Made by a program: the position numbers and the translations under genes
The notes under the pieces: model-generated
The model's input: the letters and a program-made list of their open reading frames with translations, nothing else
Told to the model about the DNA's origin: nothing
Database searches by the model: none
NCBI RefSeq assembly: GCF_029504745.1
Contig: NZ_JAQFIQ010000014.1
Coordinates: forward strand, 15,863-47,862
Direction of reading: 5' to 3'
Length of the DNA: 32,000 bases
Origin: Breznakia sp. PF5-3
GTDB lineage: Bacteria > Bacillota_I > Bacilli_A > Erysipelotrichales > Erysipelotrichaceae
Shown here: positions 25,739-32,000 of the stretch, one piece after another
Position numbering within the stretch: the stretch's first letter is position 1
How the letters are laid out: the number at the start of each line of letters is the position of its first letter

Positions 25739-27823
25739 TTACTCCTCTTTTGCTTGTTTCGCTTTTGCAATAATTGCATCCTTTAATTGCGGTGGAACTT
25801 CTTCATAATGATCAAATTCTTGTGTGTAGAACCCTCTTCCTTGCGTAATCGCACGCAAATCCGTAGGGAAATCTAGTATTTCAGCTAAAGGTACAGTTGC
25901 CGAAATAACCTGTTTATCATTTTCTAAATCCATTCCCATAATCATTCCCCGACGTTTATTTATTTCACCAATAATTGTACCCGTGTATTCATCAGGAATA
26001 ATTATTTTTAAACTTACGATAGGTTCTAATAACACTGGGTTTGCTTTTGGCATTCCTTCTTTATAAGCCAAAGTTGCAGCTAATTTAAATGCAAGTTCAC
26101 TGGAATCAACATCATGATATTTACCATCGTACAATGTTGCCTTTACATTTACCACTTTATACCCTGCTAAAACCCCTGTATTCATGGAGTCTCTTAATCC
26201 TGTCTCAACTGCTGGGAAATATCCTTTAGGTACTGCACCACCAACAACTTTTTGTTCAAACAGCATTTCTTCTTCTGCATCATTTGGTGAAAATTCAATG
26301 AATACATGCCCAAATTGTCCATGTCCTCCTGATTGCTTTTTGTGGCGTCCTTCTGCTTGGATTGTTTTCTTAATCGTCTCACGATAAGGAACTCTAGGCT
26401 CACTAAGTTCAACATCTACTTTATAGCGGGTTTTCATCTTCGAAACAATCACTTCTAAATGCTGATCTCCTACACCATATAATACTGTTTGCTTAGTTTC
26501 TAAATTATTATCAATCCAACACGTGCAATCCTCTTCCAAAACTTTCTGTAATGCTCCATTCACCTTATCATCATCATTTTTCGTTTTTGGACGCACTGCT
26601 TTACCAAGCAATCCTTTTGAAAATTCAATATCATCTACCCGATATGCATGTCCTTTATCACATAGCGTATCATTTGTTTGTGTATATTGGAGTTTAATTA
26701 CTGCTCCTATATCACCAGTAAATAATTTTCCTATTGCTGTTTGGTGACGACCTTTAATGATAAAGATTTGATTGATTTTCTCAACTTCATCTTTTTTAGA
26801 ATTATATACATTTGTATCACTTGTAAGTACTCCACTCAAAACTTTCAAGAATGATATCTTTCCAACAAAAGGATCCACAATCGTTTTGAAAATCAGACTC
26901 GTCATTGTTTCCTCTTCATCTGTTCGCAACTCTTTTGTATCTTTTGTTTTTGAATCATGTACAACTACTGTCCCATGCTCTCCATACGTTGGAAAATACT
27001 TAACAATCAAGTCCATCAATCTCTCAATTCCAACTGATAAATTTGCCGAGCCACTAAATACAGGTACAATCTCACCACTTCTGACACCTATACGAACACC
27101 TTTGGTAAGTTGTGCTTCACTAAACTCTTCACCACTGAAATACTTTTCCATTAGTTCATCGTCACCCATGGCAACCGCTTCAGCAATTTGTCCTTTGTAT
27201 GTTTCAACAATATCTTTATAATCATCTGGTACATCATAAGCAGTATCACGACTTGCTTTATCACCTTTAAAATACCAAACTTTATTTCTTAAAATATTGA
27301 TAGATCCAATAACTTCACCATTTTCTGTTATTGGCATTTCAAATGGAATTACAGATTTTCCAAATTGTTCTCTCAATGCATCGTAAGTTTCTTCAAAAGA
27401 TGTATTTTCTTCATCTAATTTATTAATAAAGAAAATAGTTGGCATCTTTCTGTTTTTGGCACTTTCCCATGCATTCATTGTACCTGATTCAACCTTATCC
27501 TTTGCGCTTACAACAATCAAAGCATTATCTGCAACTGCTGTAGCAGCTTCTTGTTCACCAATATAATCCAAATATCCTGGAGTATCTAAAAAATTAATTT
27601 TATAGTCTTGCCATTCAATTGGCACAACTGATGTATAAATACTCATTCCGCGTTTAATTTCTTCACTATCATAATCAATCAAACTACTTCCTTCACTTGT
27701 TTTACCAAATCGATCACTCGCTTTAGTAAAAAACAACATTGCCTCAAGAATGGATGTCTTTCCAACTCCACTATGTCCTAGTACACAGACATTTCTAATT
27801 TCGCTTGCTTTATAATCTCTCAT
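25739..27823 (-). CDS. EF-G family translational GTPase paralog with a non-canonical switch II
   Basis: Five-domain EF-G length (694 aa). G1 GHSGVGKTS, G4 NKLD, and a domain IV tip KKQSGGHGQFGHV. G3 reads DTPGYLDY instead of DxPGH. Confidence 0.85.
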   Translation of the reverse strand: MRDYKASEIRNVCVLGHSGVGKTSILEAMLFFTKASDRFGKTSEGSSLIDYDSEEIKRGMSIYTSVVPIEWQDYKINFLDTPGYLDYIGEQEAATAVADNALIVVSAKDKVESGTMNAWESAKNRKMPTIFFINKLDEENTSFEETYDALREQFGKSVIPFEMPITENGEVIGSINILRNKVWYFKGDKASRDTAYDVPDDYKDIVETYKGQIAEAVAMGDDELMEKYFSGEEFSEAQLTKGVRIGVRSGEIVPVFSGSANLSVGIERLMDLIVKYFPTYGEHGTVVVHDSKTKDTKELRTDEEETMTSLIFKTIVDPFVGKISFLKVLSGVLTSDTNVYNSKKDEVEKINQIFIIKGRHQTAIGKLFTGDIGAVIKLQYTQTNDTLCDKGHAYRVDDIEFSKGLLGKAVRPKTKNDDDKVNGALQKVLEEDCTCWIDNNLETKQTVLYGVGDQHLEVIVSKMKTRYKVDVELSEPRVPYRETIKKTIQAEGRHKKQSGGHGQFGHVFIEFSPNDAEEEMLFEQKVVGGAVPKGYFPAVETGLRDSMNTGVLAGYKVVNVKATLYDGKYHDVDSSELAFKLAATLAYKEGMPKANPVLLEPIVSLKIIIPDEYTGTIIGEINKRRGMIMGMDLENDKQVISATVPLAEILDFPTDLRAITQGRGFYTQEFDHYEEVPPQLKDAIIAKAKQAKEE

Positions 27824-27832
27824 ACTTCTTAC

Positions 27833-28501
27833 CTAATCCAATAAAGGTCCAAGTTCATCAAGTAGTGACTCGCGAACATAGTTTATTGCCTTTCTGCCAT
27901 CTTCATCTTCTATATTTTTATCAGCTCCATAATCTAATAGTTTTTCTACTAGACCTGCATATCCTGCATATGCTGCACGCATCAATGCTGTACACCCATT
28001 ATTATCTGCTAAATTCACATTCGATTTGGAAACCAATAACAAATCAATTACATCTTGTTTATATGCAAGACATGCTTCCATAAGTGCTGTTCTTCCCTTT
28101 TCATCCTTTAGATCTAACATCAAATCACCTTTTAATAATTCTTTGACAACTCGATCATGACCTAAAAAAGAAGCCCGCATCAATGCTGTTCTACCTTTAA
28201 CATCTTGAATGTTGATTTCAGCCCCAGCTTCCATTAATTTCTTTACAATCGTTTTATTCCCTTTCTTAGCAGCACCCATAAGTGCTGTTCTACCACTACG
28301 ATCACGCAAATTAACATCTGCATCATTATCTACCAAAATCCTCACAACATCCTTAAAATCGCGTTTAGCAGCACGCATTAATATTGTTCTTCCTTCTTCG
28401 TTTTGATAATTAATATCTAACCCTTTTTTCATTTGTGCGACTAGCGTTGTAACATCTCCAGTTGCTCCACAGTCCCACATTATCTTCATTTGCTCGTCCA
28501 T
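27833..28501 (-). CDS. Ankyrin-repeat protein (about 6 ANK repeats)
   Basis: Repeated GRTALM(R/G)AA...VV..LL..GAD(V/I)N units. Probable ATG at 28501 after AAAGGA. Its stop lies 9 nt before the EF-G paralog start. Confidence 0.85.
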   Translation of the reverse strand: MDEQMKIMWDCGATGDVTTLVAQMKKGLDINYQNEEGRTILMRAAKRDFKDVVRILVDNDADVNLRDRSGRTALMGAAKKGNKTIVKKLMEAGAEINIQDVKGRTALMRASFLGHDRVVKELLKGDLMLDLKDEKGRTALMEACLAYKQDVIDLLLVSKSNVNLADNNGCTALMRAAYAGYAGLVEKLLDYGADKNIEDEDGRKAINYVRESLLDELGPLLD

Positions 28502-28520
28502 GTTTCCACATCCTTTCACT

Positions 28521-28620
28521 AAAAAATGCGAAGATTTTACTCCGCATTTTCAACAAACAAAAAAGCCGGTGTGATTACCTTTTTTTCTTTTCCTTCAGAT
28601 CCGTTCATAGTAATCACACC
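28521..28620 (-). promoter_or_regulatory. Structured leader with a candidate 23-codon leader ORF (28608-28537) upstream of ankyrin-EF-G
   Basis: On the minus strand: AAGGTG, 8 nt, then ATG, encoding MNGSEGKEKKVITPAFLFVENAE. An 11-bp hairpin (28620-28610 / 28578-28568) sequesters the SD and is followed by GGCTTTTTT. A second hairpin, AAAATGCG/CGCATTTT (28550-28543 / 28530-28523) plus a T-run, holds the leader stop codon in its loop. Confidence 0.4.
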
Positions 28621-28671
28621 TTTCGTACCTCTAATATACCAAAATAAAACCAGAAGTATATACATCTGGCA

Positions 28672-30915
28672 TTATTGGTTATTTATTTGGAATTTTTGTA
28701 TAATCCGATGAATTTGCTGTGGTGTTTCATCAATAAAATCTAAACGAAACAATTTGATTCCTAACATTTTGTAAATATTCAATTTCTCTATTTTATCAAC
28801 TGCTTGATGATGATACATATGTGTAATACATGCATCATCACCCTTCAACAAAAAGCGATGATGAAAAACATCTTCTAAATGATATGCATCTTCTTTACAC
28901 AAGTTACAATGTTTCTTTTTACCATCTGATAATACATCATTAATAGGACAATACTTCATACTCATAAGTCGTGGTTTTCCATAAAGTAAAACTCCAATAT
29001 CCGCATGTCCTCCTACACGTTCTTCATACTCTTTAATCAAAGATTCAATATGTGCATCTTTCAATTCAAGGGATAGATAAATATTTCCGTTTCTTAATCT
29101 TTGCAAATATTCTACAGCGTATGAATTTGTTATATTCAAAGAGTAATCTAAATCATAATTTTTATCCAACCCTCCGATATCGCCAGCCATTTTTGAATCT
29201 TCATCATGTATTTGTGTAACATTTGATTGTTTAAAATGAACGTTCTTATTATCGTGATATTTCATAAAGAGTTTCTTATTCCCTACAAAAATATGAACAT
29301 TTTCATATTTCATACAAGCCACTAGCTGTTCTTCTGTATGAACACTAACTTCTAATTGGGTAGTCGTTATTGTCTGTTCTCTAACTTCATGAATCATAAA
29401 AGGTGTCTCTATACGTTTGAAATTTGTTAGAGTAATAGATTGATATTTTTCTAACACTTCTCTTCGTAATTCATTAAGAATTCGCAAAGGAATGAAAACT
29501 TCTCCTTTTACAACCGTATCAATTTTTTCAAAATGATATATTGTATCTCCTGTTTTCTGCAATTGCTTTTCAATATCTTCCTTTGTTGTCGCACGCTTTT
29601 GTGCTTCTTCCATATACGACTTAGAGACTACTTGAATTTGGTTTTCATTCATATCTTTAATAATTAAACGTAGTTTTTTATTTGGTTCTGCAAACACTTC
29701 AGCTTGAAGAAATATTTTACGTTTATTTCCTTGATATGTTTTTTGAATCTCTTTTTCTATCTCAATGTCTTTCGTTTTTACAAGAAGTGTGTTTTTAGGG
29801 ATTTTTTTTCCTTTTGTATCAAGTTCAATAATATCATTAGCTAGTGCCCTATTTACTAATAACCCATCTTTATAAATCCGATTCACAAGAAATCCTTCTT
29901 CTGGATTCATAAGCAATCGAACACCATCATGTTGTTGCAATGTAGCTGTTAATTTAATACGCATTTGTTTTGCTGTTGTGCTTATCACTTTTCCAATTGG
30001 TATTCCAATATGATTTGGACGATCATGATTCATTAGTTTATAATCTTCAAATAGATGTCCTTTCGTATAATCACGATGAAACAGGACTTTCCACTTTGTC
30101 ATTTCCTCAGGAGTGATTTTAAAATCATTATAATCCAATGCTCTACGATATAACATTGTTGTATATGCAACATATTCACTACTTTTCATACGCCCTTCTA
30201 ACTTTATAGAATCGATGCCAATTTGCTTGAATTGTGATATTTCATCCAATACATTCAAATCTTTTGGACTTAATAAATATGCTTTTTTATGTACTATTGA
30301 ATTTTTCTTCCATAATATGTACGGCATTCTGCACCCCTGTGCACATGCCCCTCTGTTTCCACTACGTTCATTATTCATTGCCGAAAATAAACATTGACCA
30401 GAAAAAGAAATACACAATGCACCATGAACAAATACTTCTTTTTCTATTGGTATATCTTGAAAAGACATAATTTGCTTTAGTGTACATTCTCTTGCCAACA
30501 CCGCCCGTTTAACACCCTGTTCATGAAGAAATAATAAGGCATCACGATTATATATATGCATTTGTGTAGAAGCATGAATTTCAAAATCAGGATATGTCTT
30601 TCTTATATAATATAGAATCCCTAAATCTTGGACAATAAGTGCATCTACACAACAATCATATAATTGTTTTATGTATTGTTTACATTCCATTAGCTCATCT
30701 TCATAAACAAGCGTATTCAATGTGATATATACTTTCACATTATAAGTATGTGCATACGTTACAACTTCTTCAATTTCAGATATTGAAAAATTGTCTGCAA
30801 ACGCTCTAGCACCGAACTTTACACCACTCATATAAATTGCATCAGCACCGTTTTGAATAGCTGCATATACACTTTCTTCTTTTCCAACAGGAGATAATAA
30901 TTCAATCATTTTCAT
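28672..30915 (-). CDS. U32 family protein (peptidase U32 / RNA-hydroxylation family), long form with a C-terminal extension
   Basis: N-terminal MKMIELLSPVG...AIQNGADAIY and a U32 core with a Cys-rich block (CISFSGQC...GACAQGCR). The start is uncertain: the ATG at 30915 is chosen by homology-style N-terminus and has no strong SD. Confidence 0.8.
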   Translation of the reverse strand: MKMIELLSPVGKEESVYAAIQNGADAIYMSGVKFGARAFADNFSISEIEEVVTYAHTYNVKVYITLNTLVYEDELMECKQYIKQLYDCCVDALIVQDLGILYYIRKTYPDFEIHASTQMHIYNRDALLFLHEQGVKRAVLARECTLKQIMSFQDIPIEKEVFVHGALCISFSGQCLFSAMNNERSGNRGACAQGCRMPYILWKKNSIVHKKAYLLSPKDLNVLDEISQFKQIGIDSIKLEGRMKSSEYVAYTTMLYRRALDYNDFKITPEEMTKWKVLFHRDYTKGHLFEDYKLMNHDRPNHIGIPIGKVISTTAKQMRIKLTATLQQHDGVRLLMNPEEGFLVNRIYKDGLLVNRALANDIIELDTKGKKIPKNTLLVKTKDIEIEKEIQKTYQGNKRKIFLQAEVFAEPNKKLRLIIKDMNENQIQVVSKSYMEEAQKRATTKEDIEKQLQKTGDTIYHFEKIDTVVKGEVFIPLRILNELRREVLEKYQSITLTNFKRIETPFMIHEVREQTITTTQLEVSVHTEEQLVACMKYENVHIFVGNKKLFMKYHDNKNVHFKQSNVTQIHDEDSKMAGDIGGLDKNYDLDYSLNITNSYAVEYLQRLRNGNIYLSLELKDAHIESLIKEYEERVGGHADIGVLLYGKPRLMSMKYCPINDVLSDGKKKHCNLCKEDAYHLEDVFHHRFLLKGDDACITHMYHHQAVDKIEKLNIYKMLGIKLFRLDFIDETPQQIHRIIQKFQINNQ

Positions 30916-31019
30916 AGCATCATTGTACCACATCCATTTTCTAAGCAAAACCATTCGCAAGTATTGTTTTTATTAGTATAATAATTCCATTTGTAATATA
31001 ATAGTGACAGAGGTGGAAT

Positions 31020-31910
31020 ATGAGTAATTTTGCATATTTAATTTATAATCCAGTTGCTGGAAAAAATGGTTTGAAAGCTGATTTAAGTAGCATTGTAGAA
31101 CTGTTTTGTAAACATGACTATGAACTTATTGTATATGCAACTGCCAAAAAAGGTGATGCTTATAACAAAATGAAAGAAGTTGGCAAAGTATACCCCTTTA
31201 TTATCTGTAGCGGTGGTGATGGTACGCTAAATGAAGTGGTAAGTGCCTACCATGAACTACAACACAAACCAAAATTAGCATATCTACCAAGTGGAACTAC
31301 CAATGATTTTGCAAAATCATTGAAGTTAAATACAAATCTTATAAAACAAACAAAGAAAATCCTTCATAATCCAGAAACTATGCAATGTGATATTGGGTTA
31401 TTTAACAATCATTGCTTTATGTATGTAGCTGCCTTTGGAAGCATCAGCGAAGTATCTTATTCTACTTCGCAAGCAAGTAAGAATATCTTAGGACACACCG
31501 CATACTTAATTGAAGGATTAAAACAATTCATAAAACTGAAAAAATATGCAATGAAGGTTACTTATGATAACGGAATAATTGAAGACGAATTCTGCTTGGG
31601 AATGATTACAAATTCTTTATCTATTGGTGGGTTTTCTTTTTTTAAAGAAAAAGACATTTCATTAAATGATGGTTACTTAGAGTGTATTTTCATTAAAAAT
31701 CCAAACAATCCATTAGATTTGCAACAAATCATTTCCGCATTAACCAGTAAAAAATATGAAAAATGCAATTTGGTTTATACCTTTAAAAGTAAAAACATTA
31801 AAATTGAAGCAACCAAAAATATAAAATGGACATTCGATGGTGAATATGGTGGAAAGCATAAAGATTGCTCTATCCAAAACATACAAAGAGAAATTACATT
31901 TATAAAATAA
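31020..31910 (+). CDS. Diacylglycerol kinase-family lipid kinase (DagK/YegS-like)
   Basis: YNPVAGKNG, SGGDGTLNEVV and LPSGTTNDFA motifs. GAGGTGG RBS. Confidence 0.85.
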   Translation: MSNFAYLIYNPVAGKNGLKADLSSIVELFCKHDYELIVYATAKKGDAYNKMKEVGKVYPFIICSGGDGTLNEVVSAYHELQHKPKLAYLPSGTTNDFAKSLKLNTNLIKQTKKILHNPETMQCDIGLFNNHCFMYVAAFGSISEVSYSTSQASKNILGHTAYLIEGLKQFIKLKKYAMKVTYDNGIIEDEFCLGMITNSLSIGGFSFFKEKDISLNDGYLECIFIKNPNNPLDLQQIISALTSKKYEKCNLVYTFKSKNIKIEATKNIKWTFDGEYGGKHKDCSIQNIQREITFIK

Positions 31911-32000
31911 AGACAAACTATTAGATGTCAATAGCTAAATAAAATTAACTATAATCTATCAAAAAAGTGCAATTGTCTTGCTTCAGAGGTGAATCCTCTA

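Noticed and set aside
26772-27221. 149-aa plus-strand ORF, and other plus-strand ORFs at 26184-26387 and 26523-26747
   Set aside because: All are antisense shadows inside the EF-G paralog gene, with low-complexity S/T/L-rich translations and no RBS.
25739-27823. EF-G paralog as a Tet(M)/Tet(O) ribosomal protection (tetracycline resistance) gene
   Set aside because: Its length (694 aa versus about 640), N-terminal sequence and EF-G-like domain IV tip do not match the Tet(M) family as I recall it. No resistance claim is justified.
28462-28711. 61-aa plus-strand ORFs in the ankyrin leader region
   Set aside because: They run antisense through the structured leader and the U32 3' end, with no SD. 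The minus-strand regulatory interpretation explains the sequence better.
30915-30960. Leaderless or extended -10 (TGgTACAAT) start for the U32 gene, and the 15-codon N-terminal extension in the track ORF
   Set aside because: The extension (MRMVLLRKWMWYNDA) has no SD and is not U32-like. The leaderless idea rests on a single -10-like hexamer, so it is noted only as start-site uncertainty.

Overview
Low-GC (about 30%) Firmicutes/Bacillota-type chromosomal window, densely coding and mostly on the minus strand. Recognisable genes include murG, a class B sortase, an ATP-grasp enzyme and pyrG. There is a nitrogen block: glnA plus an ANTAR pseudo-receiver regulator, then a divergent GNAT and a type III glutamine synthetase behind a terminator/antiterminator leader. 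metNIQ sits behind a Met T-box. Also present are an alpha/beta hydrolase, a pncA-pncB-membrane protein operon and a divergent Cro/CI-like HTH pair. Further along lie a DEDDh exonuclease, a LytTR plus LiaF-like membrane pair, MarR plus an untracked 54-aa ORF, citrate synthase and tRNA-His. The last block is a U32 protein followed by a leader, an ankyrin-repeat protein and an EF-G paralog, then a DAG-kinase-family lipid kinase. The most unusual part is the gene-poor stretch 18815-20842. The lone exonuclease gene there is flanked by two convergent sRNA-like units and by six tandem ~41-nt strictly polypyrimidine/polypurine non-coding repeats. The repeat motif recurs, in inverted orientation, in the loop of one sRNA-like hairpin. 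All functional calls rest on motif recognition in the supplied translations and manual reading of the DNA. No database search or folding program was run.
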